Shown: positions 29,026-39,087, counted from the first letter of the stretch. The stretch: 64,000 nt of DNA from Longimicrobiales bacterium (GCA_965238005.1 OZ250165.1:384001-448000), one strand, 5' to 3'. The notes: generated from the letters alone by a model not told the origin. Program-made: numbers and translations.

Positions 29026-30427
29026 GGTGGTCCTCCAACCGTCTCCGCTGCCACCGGGACAGCGACTCGAAGCCGAGGAGCGCCACCAGGGAGAGCATCA
29101 CGCTCGCCACCACCAGCGTCCACGTCGCTCCCCGCCCCGACGGAGACTCCAGAAGCGAGTAGACTGCGAGGGCGATGGTCCGGGTCTCGCCCTCCAGGTT
29201 GCCGGCCAGAACCACCGTCGCCCCGAACTCCCCCAGGGCCCGGGCGAAGGCCAGCACGCTGCCTGCTGCGATCCCCGGGAGGGCCAGCGGGAGCGAGATG
29301 CGGCGGAAGGTGGGCGCCTTGGGTACACCCAGCGTCCACGAGACCTCCTCGAAGCGCCGATCCACCGTCTCGAAGGCACCCCGGATGGCCATGACGTAGA
29401 GGGGAAAGCCCACCACGAGAGCCGCCACGATGGCGCCCAGGACCGTGAAGGGAACCGGCAGGCCCATGGCGTCGAGCAGCCCACCCAGGGCCGACTGCCG
29501 GCCCAGGACGCTGAGAAGGAGGAAGCCGGTCACCACGGGCGGAATGACCAGGGGCGCCATGAAGAGCATGGAGACGAAGGTCTTCCCAAGGAAGTCGTGC
29601 CGGGCCAGCATCCACCCCACCGCCACGGCGGGGACGAGGCCCAGGACCACAGCCCCCAGGGCCACGATGAGGGAGAGGCGAACCGCGGACCAGGGATCGA
29701 GGGCGAAGCCCGCCTCGGGTGTCTCGGAAGCGGCCGCTCCGGACTCTGCTACGTCCCGCACCCCGAAGCCCGACGCGGCGAAGATGGCCCGGGCCGCCGG
29801 CCCCTGGAGGAAGCCCACGAACGCGGCCGCCGCCTCGGCGCTGCGCGATCCCGCCGTCACCGCGCCCGGGTACACGACCGCCGGATAGCCCTCGGAGGGA
29901 AACGCGAACACCATCCGGACGCGGTCTTCGGCGAGGGCGTCGGTCCGATATACGATGCCCCCGTCGGCCTCGCCCCTGGCCACCCACTCCAGGGTGCCCC
30001 GTACGCTCCCCCCCCGAACGACGCGGTCCTCGACGGCTTCCCAGACCCCGGCCAGCTCCAGGGCGGCCCTCGCGTAGCGCCCGGCCGGCACGTCCTCGCC
30101 GGCCACGGCTATCCTCCGGAGACTGGAACCCTCCAGACCTCGCGGATCATCCGGTCCGAAGGCGGCATCCGAGGGCACCACGAACACCAGCCGGTTCGTT
30201 GCCAGGGGGCGGATCGACGCGGGGTCGACGCTCCCCTTTTCCTCGAGCCATCGCATCCAGTCGACGTCGGCCGAAATGAAGACGTCCGCGGGGGCGCCAC
30301 GGAACACCTGGGGCGCCAGGCGCGAGGTGGCGTCGAAGCTGAATCGGACCGGGAGCCCACCGGCGCGCTCCCAGGCCCCGGCCACCTCGGGTAGCACGTC
30401 CTGAAGGCTCGAGGCGGCCAGAACCAT
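29015..30427 (-). CDS. modB: Fused molybdate-binding protein ModA + permease ModB (start uncertain; frame is open to 30622)
   Basis: ModA motifs AASSL, ATSRLA.Q, VPAGRYA, GIVYRTD, then ModB motifs PLVIPPVVTGF and FARALGEFGAT in one frame. Confidence 0.85.
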   Translation of the reverse strand: MVLAASSLQDVLPEVAGAWERAGGLPVRFSFDATSRLAPQVFRGAPADVFISADVDWMRWLEEKGSVDPASIRPLATNRLVFVVPSDAAFGPDDPRGLEGSSLRRIAVAGEDVPAGRYARAALELAGVWEAVEDRVVRGGSVRGTLEWVARGEADGGIVYRTDALAEDRVRMVFAFPSEGYPAVVYPGAVTAGSRSAEAAAAFVGFLQGPAARAIFAASGFGVRDVAESGAAASETPEAGFALDPWSAVRLSLIVALGAVVLGLVPAVAVGWMLARHDFLGKTFVSMLFMAPLVIPPVVTGFLLLSVLGRQSALGGLLDAMGLPVPFTVLGAIVAALVVGFPLYVMAIRGAFETVDRRFEEVSWTLGVPKAPTFRRISLPLALPGIAAGSVLAFARALGEFGATVVLAGNLEGETRTIALAVYSLLESPSGRGATWTLVVASVMLSLVALLGFESLSRWQRRRLEDHHGH

Positions 30428-30497
30428 GAGGGCGTCGGGCTCCTGGGGGGTCCCGGAATCGTCCGACCGAGCGCCTCCCGGAGGGCCGGAAGCGGCC

Positions 30498-30679
30498 GCC
30501 AGCCCCTGGGCCGCCGATAGCTGGACAGCTAGGGCCCATCGGAGACATTGTTTAGGTTCAAGGAGTGACACGCGGCAGCCCGGAGGCGAGTCCCCGGTGA
30601 GACAAGTAAGTCTGTCGCACACAAGGAGTTCTTCTGGTCATAGGCAGTCGGCAGCTTAGGCATCACCTCAGAGACCGGC
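30498..30679 (-). ncRNA. ssrS: Candidate 6S RNA
   Basis: 182 nt. 5' GCCGGTCTCTGAGGT pairs with 3' GCCCAGGGGCTGGC; contains CTCTGAG, CCTTGAACC and CGGCGG segments resembling E. coli 6S, plus an internal hairpin. Confidence 0.6.
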
Positions 30680-31775
30680 AAGGACATGCGGGAGGATGGC
30701 GCGGGCCATGACTCGAGAAACTGAAGCCGCCAGTGGCTGAGCAACCCGACTCCTCTCGCTCCGCATCATGACCACTGTCCTACTCCTCGTAGCACTGACC
30801 CTGGCGCTCACCGCCGGGTGGGCTCTCATCCAGTTGGCAGAGGCCGGCTCCAGCGGTCCGCCCGCCCCTGCGGGAGGCGACCTCATGGTGCTGGAGCACT
30901 CGCCGGTGGGCGCGCTCCTCCTCGATCCGGCGCTCCGGGTCACCTGGGCCAACGACACCTTCTGCCGCTTCTTCGGACTGACCCGGGCCGAGGTCGTGGG
31001 ACAGAAGATGCCCGACCTCATCCAGACCCATTTGAAGGGCGCTGTGGCGGAGCCTGCGGCGTTCGAGTTCGGTCTCCTGGCCGCCTACGCCCCGGGCGGG
31101 GGCGCCACGACGCTCGAGATCCACGTCATCCCGCAGAGCACCCGGCAACACCGGTGGCTCGAGCACGTGAGCCACGTAATCCGAGAGGGCCCTTTGGAGG
31201 GAAGCCGGGTCGAGTACTTCGTGAACGTGACACCCCTCAAGCACGCCGCGCTACATCAGCAGGCCGAGGTGCATCGCCGCACGGAGCTCAACCAGACCCT
31301 CGTCGACTTGGCCAGACGGCGCACGCTGCGCAAGGGGGATCGGGACACGGCGCTCCGCGAGGTGTCGGGGGCTGCCGTGCGGATCCTGGAGGTGGCACGC
31401 GCCGAGCTCTGGCTTCTGTCGAAGGATCGGGACCGGTGGACGTTGGACCACTACTACGATGGGGCGGCCCGTCGCCACAGGAGCCCGCCCCACGAGGTGA
31501 AGGCCTCGGGGGTACAAGACTACTTCGGAGTGATCGAAGAGGTTCGCGTTCTAGCCGTGCACGACGCCAGGAACGACCCCAGGAGCAAAGGGCTCGTCGG
31601 GCAAGGCCTTCTGGAGCCTGAGGCCGGAGCCCGCCTGGACGTCCCCGTACGCGTCAGGGGCAAAGTGGTCGGAGCCACCGTCCTCGCCCACCACGTGACC
31701 CGAGCCTGGACTTCGGAGGAGGAGCAGTTCGCCGCGTCTCTGGGAGACCGATTCTCCCTGATCATGGAAGGGGGA

Positions 31776-31961
31776 TTATAAAGCTGGCTTGACGGCGGGG
31801 TTGTCCGGTTCGACCTTCTCCGGTGGTGTGACAGACCGCCCGGCCCGCTCTTCCAGATCCTTCTTGGGATGCAACAGCGCCCTCGCCACATCGCTCATCA
31901 TCGCGCCCTTGTAGCGCGGGTTCACGGCCTTGACGTCGAACTGCTTCGGCTTCTCGGTCAT
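31776..31961 (-). CDS. Small IS1595 passenger protein
   Basis: 61 aa (YKGAMMSDVARALLHP); stop codon lies within the left IR. Confidence 0.5.
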   Translation of the reverse strand: MTEKPKQFDVKAVNPRYKGAMMSDVARALLHPKKDLEERAGRSVTPPEKVEPDNPAVKPAL

Positions 31962-32210
31962 AACCCCTGGCTCCGTCTGTGCTTGCTTTGCGGAAGCGTT
32001 TGACAGCCCGCATGACGACTCCCCCGTATGCTGACGGTACCACCTCTAGCGCCCTGCCGTCCACCCTCCTGACTGCCCAATCGCCCACCGAGTACTTCCT
32101 CCGCAAGCAGCTTTAGCTCTCTCATTTCGCTACCTTTCCCGAGACGCTGGGGTAGCCCCGAAGGGAAACCGGGGCTTGACAGCAAGATCGGGCTGGGACC
32201 TCTTTCTATG

Positions 32211-32244
32211 AATTCTCTTGTCAATAGCTATTGACAAGAGAATT
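32211..32244. promoter_or_regulatory. Perfect 34-bp palindrome with back-to-back TTGACA
   Basis: AATTCTCTTGTCAATAG-CTATTGACAAGAGAATT between divergent passenger ORFs. Confidence 0.8.
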
Positions 32245-32286
32245 TCGGGTGACCTCCGAGACGGTCCCCTCCCACAGGAGAAGCCC

Positions 32287-32592
32287 ATGACGATTCAGGT
32301 GGTTTTTTTCGAGAGAAGTCCCAGCGAATGGGTTGCTCAATGCCTCCAGTACGATATCGGAGCGCAAGCCGACAACCTGCTAGAATTGGTCTACGAACTG
32401 CAACGCTCACTCGTGGGCCACGTCGTCATTTCCATCGAAAACGGGCTGCAGCCATTCGAGAGCCTGCCTCCAGCCCCGGCCGAGTATTGGGACAAGTGGA
32501 GGCACGGCATGGGGATTGATCCAGACCCCCCTCTATTCCGTCTGCCTGAGTCCGCGCCAAGCTTTATTCCGAGTTTTCGAGTCACGGCGTAA
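32287..32592 (+). CDS. IS passenger, HicB-like antitoxin candidate
   Basis: SD CAGGAG; WVAQCLQYDIGAQADNLLELVYEL resembles the HicB N-terminal fold. Confidence 0.6.
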   Translation: MTIQVVFFERSPSEWVAQCLQYDIGAQADNLLELVYELQRSLVGHVVISIENGLQPFESLPPAPAEYWDKWRHGMGIDPDPPLFRLPESAPSFIPSFRVTA

Positions 32593-32601
32593 AATAGGTA
32601 G

Positions 32602-32883
32602 ATGGCCTACCCCTTCGCGAGGGCGCCGACCACCGGCGATGTCATCGGTCGACTGATCGGACTGGGTGCCGAACTCCGAGAACTCGCTCCCGTCATGGGG
32701 CCCAAGGGCTTGGTCGTCATCCGATACCTAGCACTGAGCACGGGCAATGGCACGATCCTCTTTTCTGAGCCCCTCGCGGAGAACGATGACGAGCGCGTGG
32801 GGTGGGATAAGCTGCGTAGGATTTGCCAGCAGCTGAAGGTGGACCTAGTGGATCTGGAAATTCCTGGACTTCACCTGGGGTGA
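32602..32883 (+). CDS. IS passenger, small toxin-like (HicA-fold?) protein
   Basis: 93 aa, 9 nt after the HicB-like gene; C-terminal LRRICQQLKVD is reminiscent of the HicA last helix. Confidence 0.45.
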   Translation: MAYPFARAPTTGDVIGRLIGLGAELRELAPVMGPKGLVVIRYLALSTGNGTILFSEPLAENDDERVGWDKLRRICQQLKVDLVDLEIPGLHLG

Positions 32884-32920
32884 CGGGTAGGGGACAGAGC
32901 CTCCGCCCCCCCCATGGAGG

Positions 32921-33859
32921 TTATTCGGCGATCAGGTCCCGGTACATGAGCCGACGCCCGACCATCCCGGCTGCGACGTGCTGCATCTGAGCCATCGTGT
33001 CCATCTCGCGGATGTTGTGACGGCCCGCGAACTCCGCCACGTAGCGTTGCAGGTGCTTGGGGCTCAGCTTGTGGTAGACGCCCTTGTGAGCCCGCTTGAG
33101 CATGCTCCAGAAGCTTTCCACGCCGTTGGTGTGCGCCATCCCCCGTACGTACTCCCCGACGCTGTGCTTGACCGTCTCGCGGTTCTCTAGGCCGTCGTAG
33201 GCCTTCGCCTCGTCCGTGTAGACCTTCACCCCGTCCGCCGTGTGCTCCTTGACGAATCCCTGTAGCGTCTCCTTGTCCGTCGCCTCGACCACGCGGGCCG
33301 CTACCCGCTTCGTCGTCCGGTCCTTCACGCCCACCACCGCCGTCTTGCCCACCGGACCCCGACCGGGAGCCCGCTTGTGCTTCGGCATGTTGCGCTGGCG
33401 ACCGCCTACGTAGGTCTCGTCTACTTCCACCGGACCCTCGAACGTCATCGCCACACCCGCGAACGCCTCCCGAATCCGGTGAAGCATGAACCATGCGGTG
33501 GGCTGGCTGACGCCCAGGTCCCGATGAATCTTCATGCTCGACACGCCCTTGAGGCTGGTCATCTCCAGATAGATCGCCCAACCCCAGACACGGAGCGGAA
33601 GCGGGCTGTCCTCCATCGCCGTCCCGGTCTTGAGGCTGAAGTACCGCTTGCAATCCCGGCAACGGTAGGGCTGAGGCTTTCCGCTCTTCACACGGTAGGC
33701 CCCGTCCGCGCTCCCGCACCGCAGACACGCCATCTCGCCGGTCGGCCAATGCAGGTTCTCGAACCACCGGATCGCCTTCTCGTCCGTGGCGAACATCTCC
33801 GCCATCTCCATGACAGTGATCCCCTCGCGGTAGCTCTTTCCGGGCGCCTTCCGAATCAT
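32921..33859 (-). CDS. IS1595-family transposase
   Basis: Zn ribbon CLRC...CRDC, VEVDETY, VYTDE, HTNGVESFWS, LQRYVAEF. Confidence 0.95.
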   Translation of the reverse strand: MIRKAPGKSYREGITVMEMAEMFATDEKAIRWFENLHWPTGEMACLRCGSADGAYRVKSGKPQPYRCRDCKRYFSLKTGTAMEDSPLPLRVWGWAIYLEMTSLKGVSSMKIHRDLGVSQPTAWFMLHRIREAFAGVAMTFEGPVEVDETYVGGRQRNMPKHKRAPGRGPVGKTAVVGVKDRTTKRVAARVVEATDKETLQGFVKEHTADGVKVYTDEAKAYDGLENRETVKHSVGEYVRGMAHTNGVESFWSMLKRAHKGVYHKLSPKHLQRYVAEFAGRHNIREMDTMAQMQHVAAGMVGRRLMYRDLIAE

Positions 33860-33973
33860 GTAACCTCCTATCGGGCCGTGTCTTATCGTACATTGAAGTT
33901 ACCATGATCTTGTGCGCCTGTCAAGTCAGCTTTATAATCCCCCATGGAAGCCACCGAAGGTAAGGAAGAGGCG

Positions 33974-34117
33974 CACCCGAGCGCACTACCGCACCCGAGC
34001 GCACTACCGCACCCGAGCGCACTACCGGACCCGAGCGCACTGCCGGACCCGAGCGCACTGCCGGACCCGAGCGCACTACCGGACCCGAGCGCACTGCCGC
34101 ACCCGACCGCACGACCG
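33974..34117 (+). repeat. 18-bp coding tandem repeat, 7 full copies + 1 degenerate
   Basis: (C/G)ACCCGAGCGCACT(A/G)CCG encoding (H/D)PSALP. Confidence 0.95.
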
Positions 34118-34616
34118 CGCCCGGCCGAGGAGCCCGATCCCCTGGACGGATTCATACATCTCGACGAGAACCTCAGCTTCACGTACCTCAACCCCACGGT
34201 GCTGCAGTGGCTGCAGGAGCGCGGTCACGACGGTGGAGCGCTGGTAGGGAAAGGGCTCGTGGAGTCCCTGAAGAACGTGGACGACACCTCCATCGTGGCC
34301 GAGATCCGGAAGGCGGCCCGGGGTGGGGGGCCGGCACGCATCCGGCGTCAGATCGAACAAGACGGGCCCTGGCTCGACGTCTACATCAATCCCGTGGAGA
34401 ACGGCGTGTCGGTCACGGTGCAGCACAAGGCGCGCCACCACGAGCAGGAGGCCGAGCGCTCGCTCCTGGAGTCCGAGACCCGCTTCCGGTCCGTAGTGGA
34501 GTCGCTGGGGGAGGGGCTGATCATCACCGACCTCGAAGACCGCATCGTCTACGTGAATCCACGCATTGATCACCGAGCTCACAGGGCATCGTTGACACAA
34601 TGGTGCCAGCTGATGG

Positions 34617-34960
34617 TTAACAGATTGGGTTACGTCCTGTGTTACCGTGGGTGTCGCAAATGACGAAGAGTTCTTCGTCAAACCACCCGAGGGTAGTGGG
34701 TCCGAAGTAGACCTGCCACAGAGCGGGACCGATGGGTTCGAGCCCGATGAAGTCGTTGCCCAGAGCTGAGCTGACGTTGATCCAACGGGAGTGCCAGCGG
34801 ATCCCTCCGTTCGTAGAAACCTTTCGGACCTCGAAGTGCTCGGGGTACTCGAGCGGAGGAAGGGTCTCAGGGTAGGCTTTAGAGGCAGATCGGTAGACGG
34901 AGTCGGGAGTCGCATCGTCGAGAGCCTCGTGCGGCCGGATGTGATTGAAGATGTGGAGGA
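34617..34960 (-). pseudogene. IS481-like transposase C-terminal fragment
   Basis: FNHIRPHEALDDATPDSVY...YPEHFEVRKVSTNGGIRW...WQVYFGPTTLG; cut by IS3 at 34961. Confidence 0.8.
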
Positions 34961-35018
34961 TGGAGTTGACCCGCTTTGGTGGACACCTCAGTAGTGAGGG
35001 AGACAGGAGGAGTCCACG

Positions 35019-35333
35019 ATGCCAAGAACACATGCGCCGTACCCGCCGGAGTTTCGGCGGCAGATGGTCGAGTTGGTCAGGTCGGGCCGCTCCGTGGAGG
35101 AGCTGGCCCGGGAGTTCGAGCCCTCAAACGGGGCGATACGGAACTGGGTCAAACAAGCTGACTTGGATGAAGGCCGTCGCAGTGACGGGCTGACGACGGA
35201 GGAGCGTGGGGAACTCAGGCAGCTTCGGCGTGACAACAAGCGTCTGCGCATGGAGCAGGAGATTCTAAAAAAAGCCGCCGCCTGGTTTGCTCGGGAGAGC
35301 AACTCGATCCCGGAACGGGGTTCGAGTTCATGA
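35019..35333 (+). CDS. IS3 OrfA
   Basis: YPPEFRRQMVELV...IRNWVKQ...EILKKAAAWFA. Confidence 0.9.
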   Translation: MPRTHAPYPPEFRRQMVELVRSGRSVEELAREFEPSNGAIRNWVKQADLDEGRRSDGLTTEERGELRQLRRDNKRLRMEQEILKKAAAWFARESNSIPERGSSS

Positions 35334-36181
35334 AGACGAATCAGGCCGACTTCCCTGTGCGGGCGATGTGCCGTGTGCTGGATCTCTCCCCCAGCGGCTA
35401 CTACGCCTGGTTGGATCGCGAGCCTTCGGCTCGGGCGAAGCGAGATGAGGAGCTCACAGAGCGGATCGAGACGGTCTGGCGCGAGAACCGAAGGGTCTAT
35501 GGCCGGCCCCGCATCTACGCGGACCTCAAGGAAGCTGGCGAGCGGGTCGGTGAGAAGCGGGTGGGCCGGCTCATGAAGCAGGCCGAGATTGTGGGAGCTA
35601 GCCGGAGGCGGCGCGGCCCGAAGACGACCAGGCGCAACGAGGACGCCCGTCCCGCGCCGGATCTCATCGAGCGGGACTTCAGCGCAGACGGGCCAGACCA
35701 GTTGTGGGTGGCCGACATCACCTACATCCCGACCTGGGCGGGGTTCTTGTACCTCGCGGTTGTGCTCGACGTCTGGAGCAGGCGGGTGGTCGGGTGGTCG
35801 ATGGCTACGCACCTGCGCACCGAGCTCGTCCTGGACGCGCTGAACATGGCGACCTGGCAGCGCCGGCCCGAATGCGTCATCCATCACAGTGATCAGGGAA
35901 CCCAGTACACCTCGATCGCCTTCGGCCTACGCTGCAACGATGTCGGTGTGCGGCCCTCGATGGGCTCCGTGGGCGACGCCTACGACAACGCGATGTGCGA
36001 GAGCTTCTTCGCGACGCTCGAGTGCGAGCTACTCGACCGGCAGCGCTTCCGGACCCAGGCCGAGGCGAAGATGGCCGTGTTCGACTTCATCGAGGGCTTC
36101 TACAACCCCCGGAGGCGACACTCGGCACTGGGTCAGCTGTCGCCCATCAACTTCGAGCGTCGCCACGGAGCGGCAGCATGA
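35330..36181 (+). CDS. IS3 OrfB (DDE integrase core)
   Basis: WVADITY, HHSDQGTQY, DNAMCESFF, YNPRRRHS. Confidence 0.93.
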   Translation: MKTNQADFPVRAMCRVLDLSPSGYYAWLDREPSARAKRDEELTERIETVWRENRRVYGRPRIYADLKEAGERVGEKRVGRLMKQAEIVGASRRRRGPKTTRRNEDARPAPDLIERDFSADGPDQLWVADITYIPTWAGFLYLAVVLDVWSRRVVGWSMATHLRTELVLDALNMATWQRRPECVIHHSDQGTQYTSIAFGLRCNDVGVRPSMGSVGDAYDNAMCESFFATLECELLDRQRFRTQAEAKMAVFDFIEGFYNPRRRHSALGQLSPINFERRHGAAA

Positions 36182-36305
36182 GAAACCTGCGTGGCCAAGT
36201 TGCCCTTTACTCCCCCGCTGCGCGGGGGAAGCTTTCCTCTCCCCAGCGAGGGGGACAGACTATAAACCTCAGTGTTCACCCGTCCACTGAAACGGGACAG
36301 CTCCA

Positions 36306-37513
36306 CTCAACAGCTTCAGCGTCTACGGGATCCTCGGATTGGCTGTGTCGACCGTCACACGGTGACTCCGGCGACCTCCGAGTTAGACGTCGGAGCGTCC
36401 GTTCAGCTGAGCACCACGATCCAGTCCAGTTCCGGCACGACCCTCCAGAGGACCGCAACCTGGAGTAGCTCGGACGAAGGTGTCGCAACGGTGGATGCGA
36501 GCGGGAATGTCACCGGCGTGGGGGAGGGCCAAGCAACCATCACCGCAACCAGCGAGGGAGTCTCCGGCACGGCCACGGTTACGGTGACCGTTCCGGTAGC
36601 TTCGGTAGACGTCGATCCAGGAGAATCCACGCTGCTGACGGGTCAGTCGGTCCAACTCACGGCCACCCCCCGGGCATCCGATGGAACGGCTCTGGATCGG
36701 CCTGTCACTTGGGGCTCCTCGGACGAAGCAGTCGCGACGGTCGATTCGAACGGCCTCGTTACAGCACAAGGTGTCGGCACAGCCACCGTCACGGCCACGA
36801 GTGAGGGCACGTCCGGCACCGCCTCCGTTACCGTGACCACCGACCCGGTTGGCACTGTCGTGGTTACGGGCGGAGTGCTTGGGCTGATCGCGGGGAACAC
36901 CAATGCGCTCGGTGTCACGGCCACAACTGTCGGCGGATCCGTCGTTAACAACCCTACGGTGATCTGGTCCACCTCCGATGAAGCTATCGCAACGGTGGAC
37001 GGCAACGGCCTCGTAACCGGGGTCACGCCTGGGCAGGTAACCATCACCGCCACCGTTGACGGCGTGGCTGGCACCACAGACATCACCATCACGATTGATT
37101 GGACCCAGTTCGCCGGCACCTGGGTCGGCAGTTGGCTCAACACCACCTTCGGTTCCACTGACGCCATCAGTTGGGTGTTCACGGTGGACGTGGATAACCT
37201 GACCATGACCCTCGTGGTGGATATGGATGGACCGGTCTTCGGCCTAAGCAACCCTGTTGCCATCGCAGCTGAGGGCACGCTGGGAGCAACGACGTTCAGC
37301 GCCTCGGCCAACGCCCCCCTGCACGGGCCGGTGACCTTCAACGGCTCTCCGGACAACATCACGTTCCAGAGCACCAGCGTGCCTGCTGTCGGCATCGATG
37401 CCTGGACCTCATCGGGAGCCATCGCAAACGATCAGTACACCGGCACCTTCACCATCACTTTCACGGGCGGTGGAGGGGCCGCGGGTACGTCGCAACTCAC
37501 AAAACAGCCGTAG
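36306..37513 (+). pseudogene. Ig-like (Big_2 x3) surface protein, N-terminus removed by IS3
   Basis: Three TWxSSDExVATVDxxGxVTxxxxGxATxTAT-type repeats; LNSFSVYGILG starts right at the IS end, with a 2-nt slip near 36357. Confidence 0.8.
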
Positions 37514-37615
37514 CCACACTTCTCAGCCCGAGCGAAGTCCTGGGATGAAGTGGGGCAGGGCTGCCCCAGTGTTGGTGATGGTGGGGTTGGGAGTGAGGAA
37601 GGGACGGGACCGCGC

Positions 37616-37770
37616 AGGATGGGGAAGACGATAGATGATGCGCTGGCCTCCAGGGCGCACCGTACCCGGTGGCCTCGAGCCGTTCGAGGGCGAAGGGAGG
37701 ACGGGCGCAGTAACGCAAGAGTCGTTCGAGCCCAGCACGATCACGGGCCGGGATATGGAGGGTGTCACGA
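37616..37770 (-). pseudogene. IS91-family (Y2) transposase fragment
   Basis: IPARDRAGLERLLRYCARPPFALERL, then frameshifted RIIYRLPHP. Confidence 0.75.
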
Positions 37771-37923
37771 GCGGTGCGGATGCCGTAGCGGGGCGAGAGC
37801 CTGAAGCTCACCTCGGTAGGTGACATGAGCGTGTCGGCGTACTCACAGCGGACTGTCAGGCGCGGAGTGCGAGTCGCCTTCTCTGTTGAACCGAAGTTAC
37901 CCCACGTGCATATGCCCATGCGC

Positions 37924-38664
37924 TCAAACTATGGGTGATGCTGAGGTTGGGCGATGGCTGGATCGGACTGATGCGTGGCCCCCAGAAGATATGAACGGGC
38001 TGGCCCAGCCTGATCGGATTATCGTGGCTTTACCGTGATCCAATCGGGTAACGCGCCAGAGTTCATAGCCGAGCATCACCCAACCCACACCGAACAACGT
38101 CATGAGCAGCAATGGCATCCATCTGGGAGACTCGATCATCCATCCAGTTAGCAGCAGTACGATAATGAGGGGAATGCCATTCCAGTGGCGCAAAGCCCGG
38201 TCCTCGAAGCGGATCAGCTTGTTCGAGGACATCTCAAACTGAGGTCCTGACAGCACTCAGCAGTTCTGGACGACGATGTCCTGAACTTCGGCGACAATGG
38301 CGTGTTCAAGCCTGGGGCGTCTCCGTGGTCCCTCCGGCAGGGACACCTTCGGCGGACCAGACGGCGTAGCCCAGTAGGAGCCATGCCACGCCGAAGAGGC
38401 CGGCCCCGATGGCTAGAACCCAGTCGCTTAGGTAAATGAAAACCGCCCCCGCCACTGGGATCAGCCCGATCAACAGCGGCAATCGGTTCCAACGAGGAAG
38501 GGCCTGCGACCAGAGATTCGGAACAGCAAACGCGATCCACCCTGCGAACGCCATGATGTAGCCAATGGCCAGCAGTCTCCACGCCAATTGCCTTGGCCCG
38601 CTAGTGACGGTGCCGGAAATATGGCAGCGACCACAGCGCCGACTGCGAAAAGCTTTAGGCCCAT
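37924..38664 (-). pseudogene. Two tandem paralogous membrane-protein fragments
   Basis: ALPRWNRLPLLIGL...LFGVAWLLLGYAVW versus ALRHWNGIPLIIVL...LFGVGWVMLGYELW; no clean 5' ends. Confidence 0.55.
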
Positions 38665-38678
38665 GCGCGCACGCCGCC

Positions 38679-39068
38679 TTACCGGGTCAGGACCATGATG
38701 ATCCCGCCCGGGTGCCCCGACCCGTACCGCATCTCTGCCTCAGATCGATCGAGGAACTGCATCTGATGGACCGTGGTGGAGATGATCCTCCGCAGGTGTT
38801 CGAGCCCCAGTCCGAACCACAGTTCGTCCACGTAGACCCTGGGCAGGCTCGCGTTCGGATCTGTCGGCCTGACCGTTCCGCGGGCCCGGAGCCAGAGCGG
38901 CCGTAAAATCTGCACCATCTCGTACGCATCACGAAGATTGTCCACCCGCCTGATCTCCTCGGAGGTGATCAGGTTCCGCGCCCCGCCGCCTCCCCTACTC
39001 CCCGCACCGCCGCTGGCGCAGGCGGTGAGGCCGGTGTTCAGAGCCAGGGCCAGGATGAGATACCGCAT
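38679..39068 (-). CDS. Stand-alone TonB-plug-like lipoprotein
   Basis: Lipobox [55 protein letters not shown]. Confidence 0.75.
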   Translation of the reverse strand: MRYLILALALNTGLTACASGGAGSRGGGGARNLITSEEIRRVDNLRDAYEMVQILRPLWLRARGTVRPTDPNASLPRVYVDELWFGLGLEHLRRIISTTVHQMQFLDRSEAEMRYGSGHPGGIIMVLTR

Positions 39069-39087
39069 GATGTTCCCCTCCGGTGTC

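Larger units (their letters stand above)
31771..33942 (-). mobile_element. IS1595-family element with passenger genes, 2172 bp
   Basis: IRs GGGGATTATAAAGCTG(G/A)CTTGAC (22/23 match); 8-bp TSD CATGGAAG at 31763-31770 and 33943-33950. Confidence 0.95.
30768..34590 (+). pseudogene. TM-PAS-GAF-PAS-PAS sensor protein, split by IS1595 and truncated near 34590
   Basis: Removing the IS restores LIMEATEGKEE in frame; the last PAS (VYVNPRI/TELTGH) has a 4-bp insertion and then runs into IS481-like DNA; no output domain is left. Confidence 0.85.
34961..36305 (+). mobile_element. IS3-family element, no TSD
   Basis: Ends TGGAGTTGACCCGCTTTGGTGGAC and TGGAGCTGTCCCGTTTCAGTGGAC; OrfA/OrfB; A7G slippery site at 35267-35274. 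Confidence 0.93.

Noticed and set aside
30560..30679. Moco riboswitch (CTCTGAG, CCTAAG, CTATG, GCCTCC) upstream of mod genes
   Set aside because: Lacks the GAAA-loop arm and the 3' GAAAGG; terminal pairing and length fit 6S better. Not fully excluded without a covariance search
33974..34117. CRISPR array
   Set aside because: Head-to-tail 18-bp units with no spacers, in frame within a gene; no cas genes
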